From contig PBDA01000017.1 of NCBI GenBank assembly GCA_002718345.1, positions 17,884 through 81,883 of the forward strand: a stretch of DNA of 64,000 bases, in the 5' to 3' direction. This document shows, piece by piece, positions 52,189-61,964 of this stretch. Source of the stretch: Rhodospirillaceae bacterium. GTDB lineage: Bacteria > Pseudomonadota > Gammaproteobacteria > Steroidobacterales > Rariloculaceae. The notes below the pieces were generated by a model. The model worked only from the letters and a program-made list of their open reading frames with translations, searched no databases and was not told the DNA's origin. How positions within the stretch are numbered: position 1 is the stretch's first letter; every line of letters starts with the position of its first letter. The position numbers and the translations under genes were made by a program.

Positions 52189-53178
52189 TTGTTTCATTAT
52201 GTTCATTTGAATTTTTTACAAAGAGTTGGGGTATTAGTAGTGGTTAATTCTGATAATTCGCTTCAGCAATACACAATTGGCTGGATTGGTGCGGGTCGCA
52301 TGGGCTATCCGATGGCAAAGCGTCTGCTTGAAAATGGTTATGACGTATCCATTTACAATAGGACACGTAGTAAAGCAGAGCCACTGGAAGAATTTGGAGG
52401 AAAGATAGTAAATACTCCTAGTGAACTAGGGGATCGCGATATTGTTTTTACTATGGTTTCAACTTCAGATGATCTTGTTGCGGTCACATTTGGAGACAAT
52501 GGCCTGCTTACAGGTAGTTCTGTTCCCAGGTTGTTAGTTGAGTGTTCTAGTGTATCTGAGGAGGCATCAGCTCAAGTTAGATCACAAGCAGCTGGCATAG
52601 GAGTCGATATGTTGGCTTCCCCGGTCAGTGGTAATGGTAAGGTTGTAAAAGCGGGTAAGCTGACCATTGTGTCTTCAGGTCCGAAGGCTGCTTTCGACAT
52701 GGCAGAACCCTATTTAAATGCTATTGGTCGTGGTGTGACCTATGTTGGTGAGGGAGAGTTAGCGCGTATGGTAAAGATTTGCCATAACTTGCTGTTAGGG
52801 GTTTACACGCAGTGCCTTGCAGAAATTACCGTTCTTGCAGAAAAGGGTGGTGTATCAAGAAATGCATTTCTTGATTTCATAAATAACAGTGTGATGGGTG
52901 CAATGTTTTCGCGCTATAAAACACCAACCTTTGTGAACCTGGATATGACGCCTACATTTACGCCAGAATTATTGCGAAAGGATTTAGATCTTGGGCTAAA
53001 GGCTGGAGAATCTCTTGGGGTGCCGCTACCGGTTACCCAACTCACACGGGATATGGTACAGGCTACAATCGATGCCGGGCATAGTGGCCGAGATTTTGCT
53101 GTGCTATTAGAGGAGCAAGCAAAAGCATCGGGACTTGAGCTTAAATCAGAGAATGTTGAGGTGAGTGATGGTCTTTAA
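52189..53178 (+). CDS. NAD-binding beta-hydroxyacid dehydrogenase (3-hydroxyisobutyrate dehydrogenase family)
   Basis: Rossmann IGWIGAGRMGYPMA, plus the family central and C-terminal helices. The true start is probably GTG near 52240. Confidence 0.75.
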   Translation: MFHYVHLNFLQRVGVLVVVNSDNSLQQYTIGWIGAGRMGYPMAKRLLENGYDVSIYNRTRSKAEPLEEFGGKIVNTPSELGDRDIVFTMVSTSDDLVAVTFGDNGLLTGSSVPRLLVECSSVSEEASAQVRSQAAGIGVDMLASPVSGNGKVVKAGKLTIVSSGPKAAFDMAEPYLNAIGRGVTYVGEGELARMVKICHNLLLGVYTQCLAEITVLAEKGGVSRNAFLDFINNSVMGAMFSRYKTPTFVNLDMTPTFTPELLRKDLDLGLKAGESLGVPLPVTQLTRDMVQATIDAGHSGRDFAVLLEEQAKASGLELKSENVEVSDGL

Positions 53179-53208
53179 CAAACGACATAAAATTAGTTTT
53201 TGGTTTGC

Positions 53209-54450
53209 ATGAAATTTAAAAAACTTCTAGCCATAGGGCCTGGGTTGCTTTTAGCCGCTACTGGAGTAGGTGGTGGCGATCTCGCAACAGGTACCTTTGT
53301 TGGAAGCATGTTGGGTACTGCAGTTCTCTGGGCGGTGCTAGTAGGCGCACTTATGAAGTTTGTAACTACTGAGGGTCTAGCTCGTTGGCAACTTGCAACT
53401 GGCAACACTTTTTTGGAGGGGTTAGTAGATAAGATAGGTCCGGCCATTATTTGGGTGTTCTTGCCTTACTTATTACTTTTTTCTTTTTTCGTTGGGTCCG
53501 CTCAAATGAGTGCAGTAGGGGTAGCACTAGTGGCTTTGTTTCCAGTGTTCGAGGACCCGGATCAAGGGAAAATAGTTTTTGGTATGGCGGCTAGCCTCGT
53601 AGGACTAGCTTTGGTTCTAAGGGGAGGGGATAGCCTTTTCGAAAAAGTTATGGGTGTCTGTATAGCGATTATGTTTGTAACAGTTGTTGTTACTGCGGTA
53701 GCGCTTTGGCCTGGAACAAATCAAGTAATCCAAGGGTTGTTTATACCACGGATCCCTGACTTTAGCGGAATTGGTTTGACTTGGACTGTAGCTTTAGTAG
53801 GTGGTGTTGGAGGAACTCTGACAATCATGTGTTATGGCTATTGGTTGAGAGAAGAGGAAGTCACTGATGCAGCCGACCTCACTACTTGTCGAATTGATCT
53901 TGGAACAGGTTATCTTATGACGGCAGTCTTTGGGGTAGCTATGGTAATTGTGGGGAGTACTGTTGAAATTGAAGGTCAGGGTACGACCTTACTTGTAAGC
54001 TTGGCAGACAGACTTGAGGGCCCCCTGGGCATGTGGGGACGAGCTCTTTTTCTTATCGGTGCCTTTGGCGCTGTTTTTAGCAGTTTACTAGGTGTATGGC
54101 AGTCTATTCCCTATCTGTTTGCAGATAGTTGGCGTTTGATCACTAAGCCTTTCGATTCAGATGCAAAAGAACCAGTAGACACCAAGGGATTACCCTACCG
54201 AGGATTTATGATTGCCCTTGGCATTATTCCAATGATTGGCCTATTTTGGGGCTTTCAGCAAGTTCAAAAACTCTATACTGTCACTGGAGCTTTATTTTTT
54301 CCGTTTCTCGCTATTGGCCTTTTAGTTTGGAATGGTCGCTCAGATTGGGTGGGAGCTCAGTACAAAAATCGTCCGATTACTTCTATTGCATTGATTGGGA
54401 TTTTGATTTTTTTCTCATGGTTGGCGGCAAGAACAGTTTTTGGCCTTTAA
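53209..54450 (+). CDS. NRAMP-superfamily transporter lacking canonical metal-binding motifs
   Basis: About 11 TM. TM1 reads IGPGLLLAATGVGGGDLATG where MntH has DPGN. TM6 reads TIMCYGYW where MntH has MPH. Confidence 0.6.
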   Translation: MKFKKLLAIGPGLLLAATGVGGGDLATGTFVGSMLGTAVLWAVLVGALMKFVTTEGLARWQLATGNTFLEGLVDKIGPAIIWVFLPYLLLFSFFVGSAQMSAVGVALVALFPVFEDPDQGKIVFGMAASLVGLALVLRGGDSLFEKVMGVCIAIMFVTVVVTAVALWPGTNQVIQGLFIPRIPDFSGIGLTWTVALVGGVGGTLTIMCYGYWLREEEVTDAADLTTCRIDLGTGYLMTAVFGVAMVIVGSTVEIEGQGTTLLVSLADRLEGPLGMWGRALFLIGAFGAVFSSLLGVWQSIPYLFADSWRLITKPFDSDAKEPVDTKGLPYRGFMIALGIIPMIGLFWGFQQVQKLYTVTGALFFPFLAIGLLVWNGRSDWVGAQYKNRPITSIALIGILIFFSWLAARTVFGL

Positions 54451-54468
54451 AAACAGAAGGCATGCTGA

Positions 54469-55083
54469 ATGTTTTATGAGCCCAAGAATGGTCATGGATT
54501 AGCCCGAGATCCAATTAAGGCTTGTGTTGTTCCTCGACCAATTGGATGGATTTCAACAATCAGTATCGATGGTATCCATAATCTGGCTCCCTTTAGCTAT
54601 TCAAACTTGGTTGGTAGTGAGCCACCGATGTTCATGTTTTCTGCAAACGGAGCTCATCTTGATGGGGGGGTCAAGGATAGTGCCTTGAATGCTCGTGAAA
54701 CAGGGGAGTTTGTCTACAATCTTGCAACCTGGGAAACAAGGGATGAGATGAATAGTACGTCTTTGCATGTTAATCGTGGTATGGATGAGTTTGATTTATC
54801 AGGCTTGACGAAAGTGGATTCTATAATTGTAACTCCACCAAGGGTAGCGGAATCACCGATCAGTTTTGAATGTAAAACATGGAAATTAATTGATTTGCCG
54901 GCAGCAACTACCGGCGCTCATAATGTCATGGTTATCGGAGAAGTAGTTGGCGTCCATATAACAGATGATGCGCTCAAAGAAAAAGGTTATGTAGATGTTA
55001 CCTTGCTTAGACCACTTGCAAGATTAGGGTACTTGGATTATTCCGTGGTTGATGATGTTTTTACAATGGCTCGACCGAAGTAA
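54469..55083 (+). CDS. Flavin reductase-like FMN-binding split-barrel protein
   Basis: VVPRPIGWISTIS.DG..NLAPFSYSN pattern, 204 aa. Confidence 0.8.
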   Translation: MFYEPKNGHGLARDPIKACVVPRPIGWISTISIDGIHNLAPFSYSNLVGSEPPMFMFSANGAHLDGGVKDSALNARETGEFVYNLATWETRDEMNSTSLHVNRGMDEFDLSGLTKVDSIIVTPPRVAESPISFECKTWKLIDLPAATTGAHNVMVIGEVVGVHITDDALKEKGYVDVTLLRPLARLGYLDYSVVDDVFTMARPK

Positions 55084-55108
55084 AGCTAAGAGTTTTTTGG
55101 AGGAACAT

Positions 55109-56095
55109 ATGATGAATTTCTTTGATCGTTTAATTTATTCATACGTTATTTTGCTGGCTGGTTTTATTTTGAGTCTAACAAGCTTGAGTGCTTATGGTGA
55201 GGATGAGAATGCCTATGCAAAGGTACAGGCCGGTGTGGCAAAGCTTGGCAAGCAGTGGAATGGCAATGTAAATGTTGCAACAACGGATTTATTTATTGAA
55301 TTACATAAATCATCGGACCAATCTGGTGTGACGGTAGCTCCCGATATTAGTTATGGTGCTCACGAATTGCAGGTATTGGATATAGTTTCACAAGAAAGTA
55401 AGCGAGAGGAGTTACTACCTGTCATAGTGTTTTTTCATGGGGGTGCCTTGGTTAGGGGCAATAAAGTTCTCGCTTCAACGGATTTGATGCTCACTAACAT
55501 ACCGGTATTTTTTGCACGAAATGGAATGATAGGAGTAAATGCGAATTATCGTCTTGCGCCTGAGGTTAGTTGGCCTGCTGGTCCAGAAGATGTGAGAGAT
55601 GTGTTGGCATGGCTTCGGGAAAATATCGATGAATATGGTGGCGATCCTCAGAGACTTTTCGTCATGGGTAATTCAGCTGGGGGGAGAATTGTGGCGAGTT
55701 ACCTTTTTCACGAGCCGTTTCATTTTGTTGATGGACCTGGAGTAAGTGGAGCCTTATTAAGTTCCGCTTCTTTTGGAAGTAGCGATTCACAAATTCAAAG
55801 AGATTATTATGGTGAAGATCCTGAAGTACGCGATGCGCTAGTCCCTTTAGGGTTAGTTGATTACTATTTTGGGCCACAGGTTCCGCTTTTTATGTGGAGT
55901 GCAGAATTTGATCCACCTCGGATCGAGGGACCCATAGCTGCAATGTATTCTAAACTGTGTGAAAAATACGAAGACTGCCCACGTTTTACCCAGTTTCAAG
56001 GGCATAATCATGTCTCTCATATTTTTAGCCTAAATTCAGTGAATGAAGAGGTGGGTCAGGAGCTTTTGGACTTTATATACTCGATCGTGGATTAG
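55109..56095 (+). CDS. Secreted alpha/beta hydrolase (HGG-type esterase family), canonical GNSAG elbow
   Basis: A GGAGGAACAT-ATG start gives a signal peptide. Motifs are VIVFFHGGALVRGNK, GVNANYRLAPEVSWP and FVMGNSAGG. Confidence 0.75.
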   Translation: MMNFFDRLIYSYVILLAGFILSLTSLSAYGEDENAYAKVQAGVAKLGKQWNGNVNVATTDLFIELHKSSDQSGVTVAPDISYGAHELQVLDIVSQESKREELLPVIVFFHGGALVRGNKVLASTDLMLTNIPVFFARNGMIGVNANYRLAPEVSWPAGPEDVRDVLAWLRENIDEYGGDPQRLFVMGNSAGGRIVASYLFHEPFHFVDGPGVSGALLSSASFGSSDSQIQRDYYGEDPEVRDALVPLGLVDYYFGPQVPLFMWSAEFDPPRIEGPIAAMYSKLCEKYEDCPRFTQFQGHNHVSHIFSLNSVNEEVGQELLDFIYSIVD

Positions 56096-56171
56096 CATAA
56101 ATAAAGAAAACGAAATATCTATATCATTAGATGAACTTTCTCCTGATAGCAAAAAAGCCAAAACTTTTTAA

Positions 56172-57221
56172 ATGCAATTTGTATCTGTTGATCAGCTAGC
56201 CTTATTTATCAGTAAGTGCTTTATCGCAGTAGGCATTTCGAAGCGTGAAGCACAGGTCGTTGCTGGGCTTATGGCAGAATCAGATCTGAATGGTTCTGAT
56301 GGGCATGGAGTTTTTCGCTTACCACAATATATTGATCGGATTCAGAGTGATGGTATAAATCTCAAGCCTAACATTCGTATTATTGAAGACAAAGGCGCTA
56401 TGGCAGTGGTGGATGGAGACAATGCGCTTGGGCATCTGGTTATGCATCATGCAACTGAAATTGCGATCAATCGTGCTGTAGAGCATGGCGTTTCGTGGAT
56501 TGGAGTTAGACATAGTAACCATGCTGGCCCTGCCGCACTCTATGCGAAGATGCCTTTAAAGAAAGACATGATTGGTATTTACGTGGCAGTCGGAAGTGCA
56601 AACCATCTTCCTCCATGGGGCGGTACTGAGTTGTTGCTAAGTACAAACCCCATTGCTGTAGCTATTCCAGCTCTTGAAGAACAGCCAATAGTATTGGATA
56701 TGGCAACTACCGTAGCAGCTTACGGCAAAATAAAAACAGCTGCTCAGCGTGGCGAGTCAATTCCAGAAGGATGGATGATTGATGGGGAAGGCAACCCGCT
56801 AACTGACCCTGCCAAATCACATGAAGGGTTTCTTTTGCCGATCGGTGGTCCGAAAGGCTATGGGCTCTCTTTGGTTTTTGGATTGCTTGCAGGTACTTTA
56901 AATGGAGCTGCCTTTGGGAAGAATGTTGTTGATTTTAATGCAGACTCGACGTCTTTCACAAATACAGGGCAGTTCATCGTGGCCTTATCAGTGGAATCAT
57001 TTGGAAATTTAAAGCTATTTAAAAAGAATGTTGATGAGGTAATTCGCAGTATGAGAGCTTCGCCAAAATTACCTGGTTTTGATGCAATAAGGGTTCCCGG
57101 AGAACGTAGTTTTCAAACCAAATGCCAACGAGAGCAATCGGGCATACCCATACCAGATGAGTTATTTGAGGTGCTGAACACTCTTGCAGATAACCTAAAA
57201 ATAGAGCCTCTTAGGTTGTAG
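56172..57221 (+). CDS. Ldh_2 family (malate/L-lactate/ureidoglycolate dehydrogenase type 2) oxidoreductase
   Basis: GSDGHGVFRLPQY, RHSNHAGPAALY and GGPKGYGLS motifs. Confidence 0.8.
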   Translation: MQFVSVDQLALFISKCFIAVGISKREAQVVAGLMAESDLNGSDGHGVFRLPQYIDRIQSDGINLKPNIRIIEDKGAMAVVDGDNALGHLVMHHATEIAINRAVEHGVSWIGVRHSNHAGPAALYAKMPLKKDMIGIYVAVGSANHLPPWGGTELLLSTNPIAVAIPALEEQPIVLDMATTVAAYGKIKTAAQRGESIPEGWMIDGEGNPLTDPAKSHEGFLLPIGGPKGYGLSLVFGLLAGTLNGAAFGKNVVDFNADSTSFTNTGQFIVALSVESFGNLKLFKKNVDEVIRSMRASPKLPGFDAIRVPGERSFQTKCQREQSGIPIPDELFEVLNTLADNLKIEPLRL

Positions 57222-57251
57222 TTCATCGTGTTGTTAGGTGACAATCACGTT

Positions 57252-58388
57252 ATGGCAAAAATAATTGATTTAAAAGATAGATTTCGAGCTAACCTGAGCG
57301 TGCCTATTTTATTGGCATTAGCCATTGCGGGCTGTGGTTCTGAATCAACTACAATGGATAGCTCTGCACCATCAACGGGATATTATGATGGTGAGACAGT
57401 AACATTAATTATGGGTCTTGATGCCTCTGCTGGCGGCACAACCGTTGGACGTTTACTTGCCAAACACTTGGAGTCTTCTCTTGAAGGTAATCCAAATGTG
57501 ATTGTTAAAAATATGCCTGGCGCTTCTATGATGAATGCGCACCTTTTTGTGTTATTGAAAGCACCGAAGGATGGAACAACTGTATATTATGGACCTAGAT
57601 CTTCATTGGGTGAGCTGTTGGATTTTCCCGGGCACTCTTTCAAATATTCTCAATTCACTGTGCTAGGAGGAGTCCAGCTAGCACCCCTAGTAACTTATAT
57701 GCGTAAAGACATGTTAGAAGACGGCATTCAGTCGCCCGCGGATGTTCTAAGGGCCGAAGGGCTAGTTTTTGGAGGTATATCTGCTGAGCATGGTCGAATG
57801 ATAGCTAGCACAATGGGCCTCGATCTCATTGGAGCTGAATACCATTTTGTCGGAGGTTATCCTGGTAGCGGCAAGATCAGAGCAGCCGTTCTTGGTGGTG
57901 AAGTTAATATGGCTACAGATGCGGCTCATGCATATCTTAACGAGGTTGTTCCTACACTTGAGCAACAAAACTTGAATGCTCCTTTATTTAGTTTGCCATT
58001 GTTGTCTGAACAAGGCGATCTTGTTAGGAGTCCTCTAGTGCCAGATATTCCAACAATTAACGAGCTCTATGAAGATATTTATGGGAAACCGCCATCAGGT
58101 ATTAACTGGGATGCCATTTTGACCATGCTGAAGATAGATCAAACTATGCAGCACGTTTTTTTAGGTCCGCCTGGAATGGATGAAAGAGCTGTTGAAGCAT
58201 TTCGATCAGCAATTGCTCCAGCCATGGCCACAGAAAGTTTTGCAAATGAAGCTACTCGTATTCTGAGTTATGTTCCTGATTCTGTAGATGCTCAAAGAGC
58301 TACGGAGGTTTTAAGTGAAACTGGACAGGTGACACCTGAAATCCAAGAGTTCATAAGAGCTCAAATCGTTCGTAATAGTACCTATTAA
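57252..58388 (+). CDS. TctC/Bug-like substrate-binding lipoprotein of a tripartite tricarboxylate transporter (divergent)
   Basis: Lipobox LAIAGC. AGGTTVGRLLAKHL...VIVKNMPGAS resembles the Bug-family N-lobe. It is longer (378 aa) than a typical TctC. Confidence 0.5.
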   Translation: MAKIIDLKDRFRANLSVPILLALAIAGCGSESTTMDSSAPSTGYYDGETVTLIMGLDASAGGTTVGRLLAKHLESSLEGNPNVIVKNMPGASMMNAHLFVLLKAPKDGTTVYYGPRSSLGELLDFPGHSFKYSQFTVLGGVQLAPLVTYMRKDMLEDGIQSPADVLRAEGLVFGGISAEHGRMIASTMGLDLIGAEYHFVGGYPGSGKIRAAVLGGEVNMATDAAHAYLNEVVPTLEQQNLNAPLFSLPLLSEQGDLVRSPLVPDIPTINELYEDIYGKPPSGINWDAILTMLKIDQTMQHVFLGPPGMDERAVEAFRSAIAPAMATESFANEATRILSYVPDSVDAQRATEVLSETGQVTPEIQEFIRAQIVRNSTY

Positions 58389-58429
58389 AAACTTGATGCC
58401 AAGATTATTAAAGATCTAGTAACTTTGGT

Positions 58430-59209
58430 CTAACGTCCTGGGTACCAGGCAGCGTCCCTAAATTCAATTCCTTCTCCTGCAATTGCATTTTGAAAAGTCT
58501 CAATTGTTGCTGGTGTGTTCTGAACATCAGGGGGCGGTTCACCTTGTGGGTTATTAAGCCATCCAGCATAAATACGGTCATAATGGTTCAGATAAACAAT
58601 ACTAGGTTTGAAGGTTTTTACGCACTCAGCTACAGGGATAGGCCGCATTCTATCTACAGGAAGGTTCATGGGCATGACTGCAACATCAATATTTTCTAGT
58701 GCTTGAATTTCTGGAATACATTCACCCACACCAGAGAAAAAGAGACGTTTACCTCCAAGATTGATCACGTATCCGTTAGCTTCACCTTTCGGATGATAAG
58801 GAAGCCCCGGGGTCATATCGTATGCACCAACTGCCTCAATTAGAATATCTGCAAATGTGCCGCTTTCGCCATTGGCAAGAACAATGCCATCAGAAAATTT
58901 TGAATATGCAGTTTGGGTTAATACAACAGGCGCTTCGGGTTTCCTTAGGCTGATAATTGCTTCCGGGTCCAGATGATGTCCGGGATCATCTGTAATTAAA
59001 ATCAGATCCGCAGGCTTCGCGTTCGACAAATCGCCCGCACTCCATGGGTCGATGTGAATAACTTTTCCTGCATATTCGACTTGAGCGCTTGAATGAATGA
59101 TTGGGGTTATAATAATTTCACCCTTGTCACCATCAATTGTGTTTTGTGTTTGAGCTAAGCCGATGATTGTTGCTGACATAGTCGCAATTGCCAATAAAAA
59201 TAATCTCAT
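58430..59209 (-). CDS. Secreted MBL-fold (Lactamase_B_3-like) hydrolase with degenerate HxHxDH box
   Basis: Signal peptide. DLILITDDPGHHLD occupies the place of ..ITHxHxDH... The overall beta-lactamase-fold pattern is present. Confidence 0.55.
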   Translation of the reverse strand: MRLFLLAIATMSATIIGLAQTQNTIDGDKGEIIITPIIHSSAQVEYAGKVIHIDPWSAGDLSNAKPADLILITDDPGHHLDPEAIISLRKPEAPVVLTQTAYSKFSDGIVLANGESGTFADILIEAVGAYDMTPGLPYHPKGEANGYVINLGGKRLFFSGVGECIPEIQALENIDVAVMPMNLPVDRMRPIPVAECVKTFKPSIVYLNHYDRIYAGWLNNPQGEPPPDVQNTPATIETFQNAIAGEGIEFRDAAWYPGR

Positions 59210-59330
59210 TGATAAAGCACCTTAAAAACGGTTTCCCTGAGTGTCGCTCGACAATTAATTTAATTCAAGGAATTTTAACTTGGTATCTTAAGGTTGGTAT
59301 TAACTTGATTGGGTATAAAAAGTAGTTTTT

Positions 59331-61367
59331 TTAGATAATGAGCCACTCAGGAACGACGCCTGGCAAGACTGATTGCAGCCAGACTGTCAAGTAAGAGGGA
59401 TGAAATAGAAGACCCATTATCTCACCATACATAAAGACCAAAATTGCCCAACCTGTAATTGCATAGCTTATGGCAAAACGTTTTCTGTATTGCCCCCACC
59501 TCACTAGATAAATACCAATGAAAATTGGCAAGGCAAGTTTTTGACCAATAAGAACTGTTAGCAAAAGCATGCCAATTAAATAACCGAAAAAAGGTAAAGA
59601 ATCTTCTAACCAAGCATCTTGGCGAGCTTTCAATATGCTTCCTTTCCATGTTCCTATTTTAATTTTTTCCTTTGATAAATTCATTATGTCTTGTGCAGAT
59701 AAAACAAGTGACAAAATAAAACCTGGAATACAAATAACTATTGGAAATTGACGAACTGCTGGCGGCCAATTAAGTGAGTTATAGCCAGCCCACGCAAATA
59801 GCAAGCAAAGGCCAATTGAGAAGGGTAATGATATGGCTGGGTTTTTTTCAGAATCAACTGCAGTCGGTTTGTTAGTTGTGAGTTTTTGTTTTGTAATTCC
59901 TCTTCCGGCAAAGAAAAGTGTTAAGAAAATAACTACTGCAAGAAAAATCACAATTGGTCTTTGCAGCCAATCAATGCCTTGATAGACCCGCATACTAATT
60001 TGAAATGACCCCTCCAGAATCCCTCCTAATACAAGTGCCAGAACAACAGGAGGTCTTGGCCAACCCCCACGTTTCATGAAAAAACCTAGTGCTCCAAAAA
60101 ATGTACAACTCACCCAGTCCCCAAAAGATGCGCCGCCTAACCAAGCTCCCATGTATACAAATAACAAAACGCCAGGGACAACCATATGACCAGGAAGTAG
60201 AGCAACCTTTGAAACTTGTTCCACGCTCATTAACAAAATTAGCGTTGCAATTACACTGGCAAAGGCAATCATCCAAACAAAGCTAAAAGTCATGGGAAGT
60301 TCTGTATCTAGCATGCTTGGCCCAGGACGTAGTCCTAACATGATAAGGGCACCCATAAGGACAGCTGTACCAACACTGCCAGGAATTCCCATTGTTACAG
60401 TAGGTATTAGAGCTCCACCACGCAATGCATTATTTGCTGCTTCAGGAGCTAAAACACCCCTAACATCGCCTTTACCAAATTTTGATTTGTCCTTCGCACC
60501 TTGCATCGCATGCCCATACGTAACCCATCCTACAATTGAAGCGCCAAGTCCGGGTAACATGCCAATATAAGCACCAATTACACTGCAACGTACAACCAGC
60601 CACCATTGTTTCAGAGCCTCACGTACACCAACTAAGAGTCCTCGACGAGTATCAGTACTTTCACCTGTTCTAGAGATAGAGACATTTTTTATTGAAAGTT
60701 CGGCGATCTCAGGAATAGCAAAAAGGCCAAGCAAAACAGGAATTAGCGGTAATTGATCGAGAAGATAAAGAGTGCCAAAAGTGTATCTCGGTATGGCTTG
60801 CGATTCAGGAAATCCAACCATAGCTAGTAGAAGCCCTAAAATTGCTGCAGCAACGCCTTTCATAATAGAGCTTCCTGATAGCGAGCCAACCATAGTTAGG
60901 CCTAACATCGCAAGCATAAAAGTTTCAGGAGATTCGAAAGCTAATATCACCGGGAGTATAAGTGGTAGTGAAATACCTAGGGCCGCGGCACCACAAACCC
61001 CGCCAATTGCAGAAGATGTGAAAGCAGCTCCAAGTGCGCGTGCAGATTCTCCACTTTTTGCCATGGGATAGCCATCTAGAACAGTGGCTTGTGATGCAGC
61101 AGTAGCGGGGATGCCTAAGAGAACTGAGGTTATTGCGCCACTCGTAGATGTCGATGCCCAAGATGCTAGAAGAAGGGCAAAAGCTGATACAGGCTCCATG
61201 CCAAAGGTAAATGGTAAAAGCAGTACCAAACCAATTGCTCCGCCAAGCCCCGGTATAGCGCCTAAAATAATTCCAACTACACAGCCTATTATGAAATAAG
61301 CTAAAACGTGCCATTGGAAAATTAAGCCTAGCCCGGAAAATAGGGCTTCAAACATGATTTGTAGCAT
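59331..61367 (-). CDS. tctA: Tripartite tricarboxylate transporter permease, TctA with C-terminal TctB-like extension
   Basis: The N-terminal approximately 490 aa have TctA motifs (GAIPGLGGAIGLVLLLPFTF, LGIPATAASQATVLDGYPMA). An extra approximately 180 aa carries 4-5 hydrophobic segments. Confidence 0.75.
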   Translation of the reverse strand: MLQIMFEALFSGLGLIFQWHVLAYFIIGCVVGIILGAIPGLGGAIGLVLLLPFTFGMEPVSAFALLLASWASTSTSGAITSVLLGIPATAASQATVLDGYPMAKSGESARALGAAFTSSAIGGVCGAAALGISLPLILPVILAFESPETFMLAMLGLTMVGSLSGSSIMKGVAAAILGLLLAMVGFPESQAIPRYTFGTLYLLDQLPLIPVLLGLFAIPEIAELSIKNVSISRTGESTDTRRGLLVGVREALKQWWLVVRCSVIGAYIGMLPGLGASIVGWVTYGHAMQGAKDKSKFGKGDVRGVLAPEAANNALRGGALIPTVTMGIPGSVGTAVLMGALIMLGLRPGPSMLDTELPMTFSFVWMIAFASVIATLILLMSVEQVSKVALLPGHMVVPGVLLFVYMGAWLGGASFGDWVSCTFFGALGFFMKRGGWPRPPVVLALVLGGILEGSFQISMRVYQGIDWLQRPIVIFLAVVIFLTLFFAGRGITKQKLTTNKPTAVDSEKNPAISLPFSIGLCLLFAWAGYNSLNWPPAVRQFPIVICIPGFILSLVLSAQDIMNLSKEKIKIGTWKGSILKARQDAWLEDSLPFFGYLIGMLLLTVLIGQKLALPIFIGIYLVRWGQYRKRFAISYAITGWAILVFMYGEIMGLLFHPSYLTVWLQSVLPGVVPEWLII

Positions 61368-61443
61368 TGAATGGCCTTAAAATTTTTTCTATCAGGGACA
61401 GATTAAGAGGATAATAGCACTGCCTTTAACTAGGAGATAAATA

Positions 61444-61920
61444 ATGGCAAATCCAATTCCACTCAAGGTGCTTCTTAGCCTTAAAGATGCAAATGTTATT
61501 GTTGATGAAGCACTCCGTATTGCTAGGGAAAATAATATGCAACCAATGACCATAGTAGTTTTGGACACTGGAGGACATCAGATTGCTTTGAAACGTGAAG
61601 ATGGTAGTGGAATCATTCGAGTTCAGGTTGCTTGCGCTAAAGCTTATGGGGCCTTAGGGATGGGAAAGTCTAGTCGCGATTTGGGTGACCATGTTTCAGA
61701 TCGACCACTTTTTGGTAACTCACTAAGCGTAATATCTGGGGGGCGGTTTGCTACGGTTCCCGGGGGTGTTCTGATTCTAGATGATGCTGATTTAGTTATC
61801 GGAGCCGTTGGTGTAACTGGGGATACTTCTGCAAGGGATGAATATGCTGCCATCGGAGGGATTAGAGCTGCGGGTCTAAAATCTTCTCCAGGTCAGGCAG
61901 CACCTGACTGGAACGGATAG
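61444..61920 (+). CDS. GlcG/HbpS-like (DUF336) heme-binding/degrading-fold protein
   Basis: 158 aa, VVLDTGGH..AL.R.DG and IGAVGVTGDTSARDE pattern, with an AGGAGA Shine-Dalgarno. Confidence 0.7.
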   Translation: MANPIPLKVLLSLKDANVIVDEALRIARENNMQPMTIVVLDTGGHQIALKREDGSGIIRVQVACAKAYGALGMGKSSRDLGDHVSDRPLFGNSLSVISGGRFATVPGGVLILDDADLVIGAVGVTGDTSARDEYAAIGGIRAAGLKSSPGQAAPDWNG

Positions 61921-61964
61921 AACTGAAATTGTTTGTAAAGCTAAGCTGAGGTGGCTATAGGGAA

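Noticed and set aside
59422-61314. Several 65-129-aa ORFs inside or antisense to the TctA-TctB gene.
   Set aside because: They are nested in a gene with strong TctA motifs and show no independent signals.
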